Origin: a virus
Lineage: Duplodnaviria > Caudoviricetes
Length of the DNA stretch: 64,000 bases
Direction: 5' to 3' (one strand)
Virus record (IMG/VR): IMGVR_UViG_3300049578_000049
Location: 5,443 to 69,442 of that record
Part shown: in pieces, positions 35,248 to 44,299 of the stretch
Numbering within the stretch: the first letter of the stretch is position 1
How the letters are laid out: each line of letters starts with the position of its first letter
The notes under the pieces: generated by a model
The model's database searches: none
What the model was told of the DNA's origin: nothing
Seen by the model: only the letters and a program-made list of their open reading frames with translations
Program-made: the position numbers and the translations under genes

Positions 35248-35821
35248 GAGTGGTACCCGCCGATGCGAAGTACACCGGCTGCGAGCTCGCGTCCGGCTCG
35301 AGCGTGTAGGTCAGCGGCAGCGACGCGTTGTCCGCGCCCTTCTGGCGCTGGATCGCCACGCCGCCGGTCTGGAACGCCTGCATCCCCCACCAGCGCTCCG
35401 TGCCGTCAACGGACTCCCATCCGATCTGGCAGCGCACCTCGGCGCCGATCGCGGGCAGGGTGTAGGTCGTGAGCAGCGTGGCGCCGCTGCCCGAGGTGGC
35501 CTTGGTCCCGCCGTTGAAGGCGCGCTGGAAGTTGGTCAGGTGGATCTGCATCAGCTCGAACTCGGCCGTGATGGTCCGGCCGGTCGTGACGGTCAGCAGC
35601 GGGTCCAGGTACTCGGCCGCCTCCACGCCCTCGGTGTCGATCTCGACGTTCAGCGTGTGGCCCTCGCGGGTGACGCCGAACAGGTTCCATCCGACCGGCC
35701 AGTTGTCGGTGAAGACGCTGCCGGCCACGGTGTTCGCCGGCGCCGCAGCGCCGGGCTGAGCGTGAAACAGGTAGCCGGCGCCGAAGGACAAGGCGCCCTT
35801 GGGCACGGTCACAGCGGGCAT
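35240..35821 (-). CDS. Major tail protein
   Basis: GAGYL...W..FG.T.EG...; size and position. Confidence 0.85.
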   Translation of the reverse strand: MPAVTVPKGALSFGAGYLFHAQPGAAAPANTVAGSVFTDNWPVGWNLFGVTREGHTLNVEIDTEGVEAAEYLDPLLTVTTGRTITAEFELMQIHLTNFQRAFNGGTKATSGSGATLLTTYTLPAIGAEVRCQIGWESVDGTERWWGMQAFQTGGVAIQRQKGADNASLPLTYTLEPDASSQPVYFASAGTTRG

Positions 35822-35901
35822 GGATCACTCCTCAGATCAGGCCGCTCGTGCGGCATTCTGAAGTCCCGCCCCCTCGTGGGGCCGGGTGGTCTAGAGGTGA
35901 T

Positions 35902-35940
35902 CTCTCGTTGGGGGTACAGTGAGTATTCGACCAACGAGAG
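35902..35940 (+). promoter_or_regulatory. GGGGGTACAG motif nested in the inverted repeat CTCTCGTTGG...CCAACGAGAG
   Basis: Motif at 35910-35919; arms at 35902-35911 and 35931-35940. Confidence 0.7.
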
Positions 35941-35948
35941 GAGTGGCG

Positions 35949-36260
35949 ATGTCCAAGGCGCAGGAGATGCTCGCCGTGGCAGCGGCGAAGGTCCGGCTGA
36001 TCAACGAGGCCATGGAGACCATCTGCGGCGAGGTGGCGGGCCTCAGGAACATGGACCCCAACGAACTGAGGTCCGCCCTGATGCAGGCAGGCATGGAACA
36101 GCCAGGACGTGCGGTGCTCCGGTTCATCCGGTTCCGCAACGACCTGACCTCGAAGTTCGGCCAGATGAACGCGGAGGCCGAGGTGCTGGCTGCGCTGATC
36201 AAGGACATCCGGGACGATCTGGAGCAGATCGAGCGGGAGCGCAGCCGGGCGAGGATCTAG
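35949..36260 (+). CDS. Counter-oriented accessory (moron-like) helical protein
   Basis: GAGGAG RBS; carries its own motif site within the tail operon. Confidence 0.7.
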   Translation: MSKAQEMLAVAAAKVRLINEAMETICGEVAGLRNMDPNELRSALMQAGMEQPGRAVLRFIRFRNDLTSKFGQMNAEAEVLAALIKDIRDDLEQIERERSRARI

Positions 36261-36352
36261 CTCCAGAGCAGATCGATCAGCACGCCCATCACGACAGCGG
36301 CGAGGACGAGGGCGATCGTCAGTGCGACGACGACCCGTCCTCGCCGTCTCAT
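36257..36352 (-). CDS. Very small membrane peptide
   Basis: MRRRGRVVVALTIALVLAAVVMGVLIDLLWS; ATGA overlap. Confidence 0.4.
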   Translation of the reverse strand: MRRRGRVVVALTIALVLAAVVMGVLIDLLWS

Positions 36353-36777
36353 TCCGGCCGGATCCGCACCGTGAAGCCGAGCAGGTAGCGCGGCAGTTCC
36401 CGGTCCGGCTGCCACTGCGGCCCCTGGATGTCGTCGGCGACCATGATCCTGGCGCCGGTGACGGAGGTGCCGCGCCCGGTCAGTTCGGTGCTCAGTTCTT
36501 CGGCCAGAGCGGTTGCCGCATCCGAGGCCGCCTTGCGGGTTCCCGCGTAGACCTGCGCGGACATCACCGCCAGCATGTCCGGGCTCTCCGGGCTGTCCTC
36601 GCTGCGGATCGAGAACCCCTCTTCCAGGAACGCGTACGCCGCCGGGTTACCGCCCTCGGGGTGTTTGAGGTGGGCGCCCATCTGCAGCGGATTACCCGCC
36701 CCGACGAGCGTGCCCGTCCGCGAGTTGATCCACTCGGCCATGGCCCCGATGGCGTCGGCGTAGGTGACGGCGGTCAT
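36349..36777 (-). CDS. Tail terminator/completion protein
   Basis: Position; Q..PD...PRY..F pattern. Confidence 0.7.
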   Translation of the reverse strand: MTAVTYADAIGAMAEWINSRTGTLVGAGNPLQMGAHLKHPEGGNPAAYAFLEEGFSIRSEDSPESPDMLAVMSAQVYAGTRKAASDAATALAEELSTELTGRGTSVTGARIMVADDIQGPQWQPDRELPRYLLGFTVRIRPE

Positions 36778-37205
36778 CGCCAGGTCCGTCCGGCTAGGTC
36801 GGCGAGCGCGGCCCGGCACCACGGGTAGGGCTGGTTGCCGGGGTGGTCGACACGGCGGCCGAAGATCTGGCCGGTCTTGCGGTTGCGCAGCGGGTAGTCG
36901 CCGTGACTCTCGATCGTGTGCCGCCGGTTGCCCAGCTCCAGCCCGATCGGGTAGTTGTAGCCGTCCGGGCTCATCGCGTCCGAGCCGACGTCGCGATACG
37001 GGCCGATCAGATCGGCACCGCGCTCGACGTGGATCCGGTCCCGGGCGTAACCGGCAGGACGGCCGTTGCTGCCGTCCTCGCTGACCGGGATCCGGCGCTT
37101 CTGGCCGGCGGCGACGACGACCGCCGCCTCATCGAGCACGGGCTCAGCGATGCGCAGCAGGCCCACCTCGAACTTCGGCTCGACCACGTACCGGACCTCT
37201 GCCAT
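36774..37205 (-). CDS. HK97 gp10-like neck protein
   Basis: Position; Y..GLELG...V.HPG..P.P motif. Confidence 0.7.
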   Translation of the reverse strand: MAEVRYVVEPKFEVGLLRIAEPVLDEAAVVVAAGQKRRIPVSEDGSNGRPAGYARDRIHVERGADLIGPYRDVGSDAMSPDGYNYPIGLELGNRRHTIESHGDYPLRNRKTGQIFGRRVDHPGNQPYPWCRAALADLAGRTWR

Positions 37206-37209
37206 CGGC

Positions 37210-37698
37210 TCAGCCGTTCGCCTGCTCCGTCGCGGCCACCGCGACCGGATCGGCCGGACGCGGCTGCCAGGCCATGAGGTCGGCCTTGGTCGTGGAGTCG
37301 TCGCCGGCCCACGCCCGATCCTCGTCGGTGGCCTGCGGGTGGTCGTTCACGTACGTGACCCACTCGGACTTGCGCGCCGAGTCCGCCGGCCGCGGGTGGT
37401 CCTCGGCCGCCGGCTCGTCACCGACCGCCTCCAGCTCTTCCTGCGTCGCGGCCGCCGCCTTGTCGGCCGGCATGCCGCGCGAGATCGCGTAGCCCTCCCA
37501 CGCCGCCCGGTTGGCGCCCGCGTCCGGCCGGGGCACGGTCGGCACCATGGCGCCCTCCGGTCGGTCGGCCTGCCAGTCCTCGCCTTCGACGAGCTCCCAC
37601 GCGTCGATGACGCCCGGCAGGATCTCGTGCCCGCGCTGGTAGCCCGGCACGATCGTGCCCGGCGCGCAGATGGCCCGCAGTGCGTACGGCATGTTCAT
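37210..37698 (-). CDS. Hypothetical protein with repeated P...A.K/R..W..Y helical motifs
   Basis: PDAGANRAAWEGYA, PADSARKSEWVTYV, TTKADL. Confidence 0.7.
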   Translation of the reverse strand: MNMPYALRAICAPGTIVPGYQRGHEILPGVIDAWELVEGEDWQADRPEGAMVPTVPRPDAGANRAAWEGYAISRGMPADKAAAATQEELEAVGDEPAAEDHPRPADSARKSEWVTYVNDHPQATDEDRAWAGDDSTTKADLMAWQPRPADPVAVAATEQANG

Positions 37699-37760
37699 CT
37701 CTCCAGTCAGTCGCAGAGATCAAAGCAGGGAAGCGAAAAGGTCGATTCGGGCAAAAGCTG

Positions 37761-38075
37761 TTAATCGGTAATATAGTAGGTCAGCTGGCTGGGTGTGCCC
37801 GTGGTGACCGCCATCGGCACCCGGCCGTTCGCGTCGCCCCAGAGCGGGTTGACCCGGAAGGACTTGACCTGGCCGGTGGTCAGGGCATGCGTCTTGTTGG
37901 CCACCGCGAGGCCGTCGGCGGTCTGCGCGTTGGTCAGCGTGATGGTCAGGGCGCCGGCCGCGTTCGCGATGATCCGGGCGCCGGCCGGCACCGTGTCGCC
38001 CGAGCCCGTACCGGTCCGCGCGGTGAGCAGGCCGCCGGTCGTCGTGTTGCCGGCGTCGGCCGCGAAATCCGTCAT
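37761..38075 (-). CDS. Putative virion protein
   Basis: Thr/Ala/Gly-rich beta-type sequence; RBS. Confidence 0.65.
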   Translation of the reverse strand: MTDFAADAGNTTTGGLLTARTGTGSGDTVPAGARIIANAAGALTITLTNAQTADGLAVANKTHALTTGQVKSFRVNPLWGDANGRVPMAVTTGTPSQLTYYITD

Positions 38076-38084
38076 GATCTCTCC

Positions 38085-38825
38085 CTACAGCAAGAGGTTG
38101 TCGCCCCACTGCACCGGATCCGGCGCGATGAGGACGGGTCGGGGATCGAGCGAGGACGCGCCCGCGTTGTCCACGGCCGCGACGAGCACCTTCAGGTCGG
38201 CGGCCGCCTGCCGTTCCAGCGCGTCGGCCTTGGCCCGTTCGTCGGCGGTCCGGGCGAACGCGCGGCACAGAGTTGCCGCGGCCCGGATCGCGGCCACCGC
38301 GCGGGCCATGCGCGGCAGCTGCCCGGTCAGCACGGTGAAACCGGCACCGACGGCAGCCACCGCCTGATCGACGTGCCGCTGCGCCTGCTCGTCGGTGGGC
38401 GATGTCGATCCGGTGAAGGTCCCGAGGTAGACCTGCTCGCCCGGAACGGTCGGGTCGATCGTCAGAAAGGGCACGTGATCGGCGACGTCGGACAGGAACG
38501 GCGACCACGACGGCCGGGTGCCCGTGCCGGGCAGCGGCGCCACGCTGTAGACCTTGGCCGTGACCGAGGCGCCCTTCCCGCCGATCGACCAGACGACCAG
38601 CCAGTCCCCCGCCGCGTCGAGCACGGTGCCCGTCGGCGTCCCGTCGTCGGTGGCGTAGAACTGCACGGTCATCTCGTCGCCGGCCCATGCACCGGGGGTG
38701 GCCGCGATCGCGGTGCCGTCGGGCCGCTGCACGGTGACCGCCGGCGTCGTGGTCCCGTCGGGCGTCACCCCCAGCTTCAGCCGCGAGGTGATCGGATCGC
38801 CCACGTCGTACACGGTCTGCGGCAT
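38085..38825 (-). CDS. Head-to-tail adaptor with an N-terminal Ig/BppU-like domain
   Basis: Beta-rich N-half; helical C-half (W.P...DVA..VP...PT..Q...V). Confidence 0.65.
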   Translation of the reverse strand: MPQTVYDVGDPITSRLKLGVTPDGTTTPAVTVQRPDGTAIAATPGAWAGDEMTVQFYATDDGTPTGTVLDAAGDWLVVWSIGGKGASVTAKVYSVAPLPGTGTRPSWSPFLSDVADHVPFLTIDPTVPGEQVYLGTFTGSTSPTDEQAQRHVDQAVAAVGAGFTVLTGQLPRMARAVAAIRAAATLCRAFARTADERAKADALERQAAADLKVLVAAVDNAGASSLDPRPVLIAPDPVQWGDNLLL

Positions 38826-38833
38826 CGCCCCTC

Positions 38834-39973
38834 CTACGTGATACGGGCGAGCAGTGCGTCGCCCGTGATCGTCTGCGTGGCCGGGTCACCCGTGACCGAT
38901 GCGGTGCCGCTGTCCCCGGTGACGGCCGGTGATCCGGCGATCAGCGACGGTACGAAGCTGAGCCGGTCGGCGGCCGCGGCCGTGTCGGAGAGTGCCTTGG
39001 ACACGTTGGCCACGTCCTGCCCGGTACCGGCGTCGGATGCCGACCCGGCGTCGGCGACAGCCAGCGTGACCGCCGCGCCGAGGGACTGCACACCCGAGGC
39101 GGCGTCGGTCAGCGTGACCGATGCGGTGGTCGTCGCCGCTTCCGCCGCCGCGGCCGCGTCCAGCAGCGCCGCGGCCGCCGCGGTGGTCAGCATGTCTGCC
39201 GCCGCGGCCACATCGCCCACGGCCAGCGTGACCGATGCGGTGAGCGAGTCAGCGGCGGACCCGGCCTCGGCGAGCGGTTTGGCCGTCCCCAGTCCGTTGT
39301 CGAACGATTCGGCGCCGCCGGCCGTGTCGCCGAGCGGAATCACCGCGCCGGCCGTAACGGTCTCGGCAGCGGACCCGGCATCGGGCAACGGCGCCGAGAC
39401 GACGATCGCCCTGGTCTCGGCCGATGTTCCGGCATCGGCCAGACCGGCCGCGGCAGCGACGGCCACCGACTCGACCGCCGCGGCCGTCTCGGTCAGCGAC
39501 TTCGACGTGCCGAGACCGTTGTCGGCCGCGTCCGCTGCCGATGCCGTGTCGGCCAGCGGGACGGCCGCGGTCGCCGACAACGCCTCGGTCTGCCCGCCGG
39601 CGTCGCCGAGAGCCGCCGTGGCTGAGCCGGTAGGCGCGTCGTTGCCCGCCGCCGCGTCGGCCAGCGCCGCGCTCACGGCCGCCGTGAGCGCATCGGCAGC
39701 GGTGCCGGCCTCGGCCAGCGCCGCGATTGCCGCGCTGGTGAGAGCATCTGCCGAGGCACCGGCGTCGGTCGCCGCGATCGGCGCCGTCGCGGTCAGCGCC
39801 TCGGCACCGCCCGCGGTCTCAGCCAGACCGGCCGCGACGACCACGGCCAGGCTGTCGGCCGCCGCACCGGACTCGGTGAGCGCGATGTCCGCAGGACCCG
39901 CCGCGAGCGGGAAGCGGACCTGCCGCCGCGCGGTGACCGTACCCCGGCGGAACCGCGCTACGCGGCCCGGCAC
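38834..39973 (-). CDS. Ala-rich ~18-aa tandem-repeat fibre-like protein
   Basis: About 17 repeats of L-x-[DE]-x-[GA]-x-[AG]-x-[DE]-x-L. Confidence 0.75.
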   Translation of the reverse strand: MPGRVARFRRGTVTARRQVRFPLAAGPADIALTESGAAADSLAVVVAAGLAETAGGAEALTATAPIAATDAGASADALTSAAIAALAEAGTAADALTAAVSAALADAAAGNDAPTGSATAALGDAGGQTEALSATAAVPLADTASAADAADNGLGTSKSLTETAAAVESVAVAAAAGLADAGTSAETRAIVVSAPLPDAGSAAETVTAGAVIPLGDTAGGAESFDNGLGTAKPLAEAGSAADSLTASVTLAVGDVAAAADMLTTAAAAALLDAAAAAEAATTTASVTLTDAASGVQSLGAAVTLAVADAGSASDAGTGQDVANVSKALSDTAAAADRLSFVPSLIAGSPAVTGDSGTASVTGDPATQTITGDALLARIT

Positions 39974-39976
39974 GGG

Positions 39977-40450
39977 TCAGCCGATCTCGTGGAACGTGAT
40001 CCGGAAGGCGTAGTTCCCGCTCGGCGGGGCGACGTTCGACTTGATCCCGAACCCGTTCCCCGTTCCGGCCGGGACCACGATGTACTCCTCCGGCGTCGGC
40101 GCGAAGTCGAAGCCGAACGAGGAGTTCCATCCCAGCTCGATGTAGTCCCCGTCCGTGCCCTCGGCGGTGGCGGTGTGCCCGGCCGTGACGCCGGAGTCGG
40201 CGTCGGTGGGGTCGTGGTTGAGGAACGTGCTTGCCGCGATGGAGGTGACCGTCGGCGCCGCGGTCTTGCGGACCAGGCGAACCCGGCAGTTCGCCGAGGT
40301 GGGGATGGTCGACTGCGCCAGGTCGATCGTCACCCGGATGACCGTGAACGGCTTGGTCGCGTTCGCCTGGATGTTGAGGTTCGTGACCGCGCCCGGGTTG
40401 GTGATCACCGTTGTCACGGTGTACATCCGGGCGGGGACGAGGACAGCCAT
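39977..40450 (-). CDS. Putative virion beta-sandwich protein
   Basis: Coupled ORF; beta-rich. Confidence 0.65.
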   Translation of the reverse strand: MAVLVPARMYTVTTVITNPGAVTNLNIQANATKPFTVIRVTIDLAQSTIPTSANCRVRLVRKTAAPTVTSIAASTFLNHDPTDADSGVTAGHTATAEGTDGDYIELGWNSSFGFDFAPTPEEYIVVPAGTGNGFGIKSNVAPPSGNYAFRITFHEIG

Positions 40451-40452
40451 GG

Positions 40453-40650
40453 TCAGTCGTCCTCTCCGGTCATGACCCACGAGTGCGGGTGGTGGCGCGG
40501 GTCGTCGAACTTCGCGTGACCGGCGGGCAGCGCGCATTCCCACGTGTCGCGCCGCATCTCCCGGCGTGCCGCGATGTCGGCCTTGGTCGGCTTGGCCTTG
40601 CAGCGCGGCAGATCCTCGTCGCCGAAGCGCGCCATGTCGGTCAGGGGCAT
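40453..40650 (-). CDS. Small Cys/His protein
   Basis: GGAGG RBS; C...C.LPAGH...H motif. Confidence 0.5.
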   Translation of the reverse strand: MPLTDMARFGDEDLPRCKAKPTKADIAARREMRRDTWECALPAGHAKFDDPRHHPHSWVMTGEDD

Positions 40651-40654
40651 CGGG

Positions 40655-41359
40655 TCACCTCCGGTAGTTCGGTCCGCGACGGCGCGGCGGATAGGGCGGC
40701 GGCGGGCCGGCGGACGCGGTGCCGAGGACCTCCACGGCGATGGTGGCGTACGCCTGCCCGGTCGGCTGGCTGAGGCCCACGGTTTTCGACCCGGCCGTCC
40801 CGGCGTCGCTGTAGTACGCCCCGTACACCCCGTACGTGATCGGGCTGCGGGCGTAGGTGACCTCGAGCCCGTTCCCGGACGTCGGAGTGACTGCGTTGAC
40901 GGTGCGCCACACCCGCGACGAGCCGTCGAGCGCGTTCCAGTCGGTGTTGATGACCACGATCGCGGAGTTGTCACCGGTCGTGGTGACGGCGAGGGACGGT
41001 GCTCCCGAGCCGGTGGTTTTCGCGCTGCCGCCGATCCCGCCGCTGCCGGAGAACCGCAGCGCGTTCCAGCCGAAGTTGTTCGCGAGCGTGTTGATCATCG
41101 ACAGGGTGAAGGTTTGCGACGTGGCGCACGGCGCCGTCCACACGGTGCAGCCGGCGAAGTTCACGGTGTCCACGGTCTGCTGCGGCGTGTACGTCAGCCC
41201 GCCCCCGGACGGCGTAGACAGCCCGTTGTTGTTCTCCGTGCCGGCGATGACGACCAGGTAGTCCCCGGCGGCCACCGTCACCGACCCGGTCCTGGGGGTG
41301 GTGGAGCTGAGCCAGTCCGCGACCTCGTACTCGGCGACGAACGTGGGCGGGGTCGCCAC
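40655..41359 (-). CDS. Putative virion (fibre/adhesin-like) protein
   Basis: Ser/Thr/Gly-rich beta sequence with a PPPPYPPRR tail. Confidence 0.7.
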   Translation of the reverse strand: MATPPTFVAEYEVADWLSSTTPRTGSVTVAAGDYLVVIAGTENNNGLSTPSGGGLTYTPQQTVDTVNFAGCTVWTAPCATSQTFTLSMINTLANNFGWNALRFSGSGGIGGSAKTTGSGAPSLAVTTTGDNSAIVVINTDWNALDGSSRVWRTVNAVTPTSGNGLEVTYARSPITYGVYGAYYSDAGTAGSKTVGLSQPTGQAYATIAVEVLGTASAGPPPPYPPRRRGPNYRR

Positions 41360-41370
41360 AGGTCACCGGA

Positions 41371-41673
41371 TCAGTACAGGCCGGTGCCGAGCAGGAACTT
41401 CGCGAACGCCCGGTGGTCGCGGGGCATGGTGCCGGTGGCCGCCGAGCCGCGCCAGATCGCGGACAGGTTCTTCAGGTCCGTCCACGCGGATTTGAGCCTG
41501 TCCCCGTCGGTGGTGTCCACGCACAGGCCGGCGGAGACCAGCTGCGCCGACGTGTAGCCGTCCAGCACCGCCGCGATCTTGTCGACGTTGTCCATCGTCG
41601 CGTACAGGGACGAGACGACAGAGCCGGTCGCGTTGTCCAGCTCCGCTTTGGTCAGAGTCCTGCCGATCGCCAT
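41371..41673 (-). CDS. Hypothetical helical protein (fibre chaperone-like)
   Basis: AGGAG RBS; start re-picked. Confidence 0.65.
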   Translation of the reverse strand: MAIGRTLTKAELDNATGSVVSSLYATMDNVDKIAAVLDGYTSAQLVSAGLCVDTTDGDRLKSAWTDLKNLSAIWRGSAATGTMPRDHRAFAKFLLGTGLY

Positions 41674-41683
41674 GCCGTGTCTC

Positions 41684-42343
41684 CTAGGTGAAGGTGATGG
41701 TCGCAGTCGCCGTCCACGTCTGCCCGGACGCCTTGGTCCCCTGCGCGATGCCCGCCTTGCGGTTGAACAGCAGGGCGTTGACCGTGGTGCCACCGGAGAC
41801 GGTCGGAGTGCCGACGTCGATGCCGAACTCGTTCCACGCGAAGTTGCCGTCGGCGGTGCCGAACGTCGCCGAGAAAGCCAGCGTCCGCGTGCCGAGCGTG
41901 CCAGCGCCGGTGACCGGCTGGAAGTACCGGTTTCCCGCGCCCGCAGCGGCGGCCAGGTCGGTGTCCGCGTAAGCCTCGGCCGTGGATCCGTTGCCCACCC
42001 CGATGCGCGTCGCCGTGGCGCTCAGCGCCTGCGTGCCGCCCTGCGCGGTGAGCAGGTTCATCAGCCGCGTCCACCCGGCGTTGGTGATGAGGTTGCCGAC
42101 GACCTCGGTCACCGAGTACGGACGCAGATAGATCGCCTGGAATCCTGCGGGCGCGATTCCGCCGCCCGGCCCGCGCCATCCGGGCCGGTCACCCAAGGCG
42201 GCGAGCGCCCGTTCGGCCCACCGGGTCTGCTCGTCGTCCCAGCGCTGCACGGTCCAGTGCGTCGTGCCGAAGGCACCGTCTCGCGCGACGGCTCCGGCCC
42301 CCACGGCCAGGAGGTCGCGGGCTCGTGCGGTCTCGTTGCCCAT
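41684..42343 (-). CDS. Putative collar/fibre attachment protein
   Basis: NLITNAGW...IGVGNG.TA....DTDL...F...DGNFAWNEFGI motif. Confidence 0.65.
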   Translation of the reverse strand: MGNETARARDLLAVGAGAVARDGAFGTTHWTVQRWDDEQTRWAERALAALGDRPGWRGPGGGIAPAGFQAIYLRPYSVTEVVGNLITNAGWTRLMNLLTAQGGTQALSATATRIGVGNGSTAEAYADTDLAAAAGAGNRYFQPVTGAGTLGTRTLAFSATFGTADGNFAWNEFGIDVGTPTVSGGTTVNALLFNRKAGIAQGTKASGQTWTATATITFT

Positions 42344-42432
42344 CAGGGCCTCCTCGTGGTCGGGGTGGGCGCGGCGGCGGGAGACGAGTTCGCCGCCGCG
42401 CCCCGTGTCCCGGCGGGCGCGGGCCGGGAGTC

Positions 42433-43965
42433 TCAGTTCAGGACGAAGTAGGGCGCGTAGCCACAGCCGCTCAGGCTGGCGAGGGTATGCGTCGTCGACC
42501 CCACGGTCCCGATGGTGGTCTGGCCGGACTTCTGCGCCGAGATGATCCCCAGCGGCGTGCCGGTGACCGGCAGACTCGAGCCCGGCGTCCCGTTGCTCTG
42601 CAGGTTGGCTATCAGCTTGGCGCCGGTGCCGCCGACCTGCAGCGCACCGACGGCATAGCGCTGGCCCGCACGCTTCTGATAGGTCGCGGTGAGACCGAGC
42701 TTGGTGTCGAAGCCGCCGATCGGCTGGAATGCCGACCCCCACAAGGTCAGTCCGGCCGTCTGCTCCGCCTTGGCTACCAGGGTGATGTCCCCGTTGTCCG
42801 CCACGGTGTACAGCCCGTACCCGACGTAGGTCCCGCCGACCCGCGCGTCGCCGGTCATGGCTTCCACGGTGGAGATCAACTCATCCTTGGTCGCCGTGAA
42901 GAAGGACAGCATCAGCGTTCCCGGTGTCAGCTGGGCGGACGCGTTGCAGAGCATCCGTGAGAAGATCTCCTCGCCGTGCTTGGCCGTGGTCCCGGGGAGA
43001 ACCGGCTGCCGGACGGTCATCCTGTCCGGGACGTCGGCGAGAGTGCCGCAGTAGTTGGCGTAGCTGCCGATCCGGTACGCGGTGGACGTGGCGGTGCTCA
43101 GACCGAGAGCAACTCCGGTCGGGATGCCGTCGAAGACGTGGCCCTCGATCAGCGTCCCGTTCTGGGTGCCGCCGAGGATCACACTGGGATCGGTCCGGCC
43201 GGAGTACGAGTAGCAGCCCGAGTAGGAGTGCTGGAACGCGTTGGTGATCCGCATCGCCGCGGCGCCGGACGGGGCGGACGCATTGATCGCGAACCAGGAA
43301 TTCGTCACGAAGATCTGCCCGCAGTTGTTCGCCATGTAGGCATCGCCCGCGTAGTTGTCCGCCACGCACTGGCTCATGAAGGCGATGTTCAGGCTCGGGC
43401 TGCCGGCCGAGGAGTTGAACCGGAAGCCGTGGGTCGCGCCGGCCGCCGGCTCGACGATGCGCACCCGGTCCATGTAGAGCGATCCGGTGTAGATGCTGGT
43501 CGTCCGGTTGATGGCGAACCCGATCCCACCCACGCCGCGCATCAGGACGTCCACCCAGTGCTGTTCGGTGGCGAGATCGCCGTTGACCTGGACTCCGCCG
43601 GAGGTTTGTCCGGTCAGGTGCAGCCGCTCGAACTGGGCGTCATAGGCGCCGTTCACGACGATGCCGTAGGTGCCGCCGGAGATGGTCAGGTCGGAGACCT
43701 GTACGTTCCCCGGCCCGGTCAGCGTGATCCCCGGCTGGCCGGCGATCACGTTGAGCACCGTGGCCGGCCCGCTGCCCTGCAGGACGCGATTGTTGGTGAC
43801 CATCCCGATGCTGCTGACGTACCACGCACCCGGAGCCAGGAAGGTCCGCCCTTGACTGATCAGGCTGGCGTTGATGGCGGCCGTGTCCCGCGCTCCGGTG
43901 ACGTCACCGGAGGGCCGCAACGGCTGCCCGACCGCTCCGGGCGTCCGGGCGATCTCAGGGATCAC
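42433..43965 (-). CDS. Tailspike/depolymerase with a pectate-lyase-like beta-helix
   Basis: GD.TGA.DTAAIN...L.PG.WY...LQGSG..TVL; Asn/Gly-rich beta-helix repeats. Confidence 0.8.
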   Translation of the reverse strand: MIPEIARTPGAVGQPLRPSGDVTGARDTAAINASLISQGRTFLAPGAWYVSSIGMVTNNRVLQGSGPATVLNVIAGQPGITLTGPGNVQVSDLTISGGTYGIVVNGAYDAQFERLHLTGQTSGGVQVNGDLATEQHWVDVLMRGVGGIGFAINRTTSIYTGSLYMDRVRIVEPAAGATHGFRFNSSAGSPSLNIAFMSQCVADNYAGDAYMANNCGQIFVTNSWFAINASAPSGAAAMRITNAFQHSYSGCYSYSGRTDPSVILGGTQNGTLIEGHVFDGIPTGVALGLSTATSTAYRIGSYANYCGTLADVPDRMTVRQPVLPGTTAKHGEEIFSRMLCNASAQLTPGTLMLSFFTATKDELISTVEAMTGDARVGGTYVGYGLYTVADNGDITLVAKAEQTAGLTLWGSAFQPIGGFDTKLGLTATYQKRAGQRYAVGALQVGGTGAKLIANLQSNGTPGSSLPVTGTPLGIISAQKSGQTTIGTVGSTTHTLASLSGCGYAPYFVLN

Positions 43966-44252
43966 GCCAGTCCTCGCACGCTGACGGCAACGGCGTCGGC
44001 ACTGATCAGCTTGACGACGATGGAGCGCTGGCCGGATCGGCGAAGCTGAACGGTCGCTCCCACGGCGGCCGGCAGGACGTCGAAGTCGTTGCCTCCGACG
44101 GTCGGGTTGGCCGGGGTCGCCGTGCCGTCGTGGCTGATGTAGACCTCGCCCGCTCCGTTGCGGTTCATCACCTCGAACGCTGACTCGTTGCCGGTCATGG
44201 TGAAGGTCGCCACGGTGGCGGGCGTGAGCGTCTGATGTCGGACGAACGCCAT
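43962..44252 (-). CDS. Small putative virion protein
   Basis: GGAGG RBS; beta-rich. Confidence 0.65.
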   Translation of the reverse strand: MAFVRHQTLTPATVATFTMTGNESAFEVMNRNGAGEVYISHDGTATPANPTVGGNDFDVLPAAVGATVQLRRSGQRSIVVKLISADAVAVSVRGLA

Positions 44253-44264
44253 GTCGCCTCCCTC

Positions 44265-44293
44265 TTGTATGGCAAGGCTAGTGGGGGTACAGT
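44265..44293 (+). promoter_or_regulatory. Promoter TTGTAT-N17-TACAGT with the GGGGGTACAG motif (likely leaderless transcript)
   Basis: Motif at 44283-44292; ATG 6 nt after the -10 box. Confidence 0.8.
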
Positions 44294-44299
44294 AGAGCC

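Noticed and set aside
37700-37790. A/T-rich patch as a replication origin
   Set aside because: Short, overlaps a gene end, and has no iterons or DnaA boxes.
37680-40013. 777-aa plus-strand ORF, and similar long ORFs (1383..3323, 2726..4393, 46647..49121, 44760..46262, 5328..6842, 31705..33453)
   Set aside because: Shadow ORFs antisense to or out of frame with clearly recognisable genes; Arg/Gly/Pro-rich translations typical of high-GC DNA.
28813-44252. Diversity-generating retroelement targeting fibre genes
   Set aside because: No reverse transcriptase and no TR/VR repeat pair seen.
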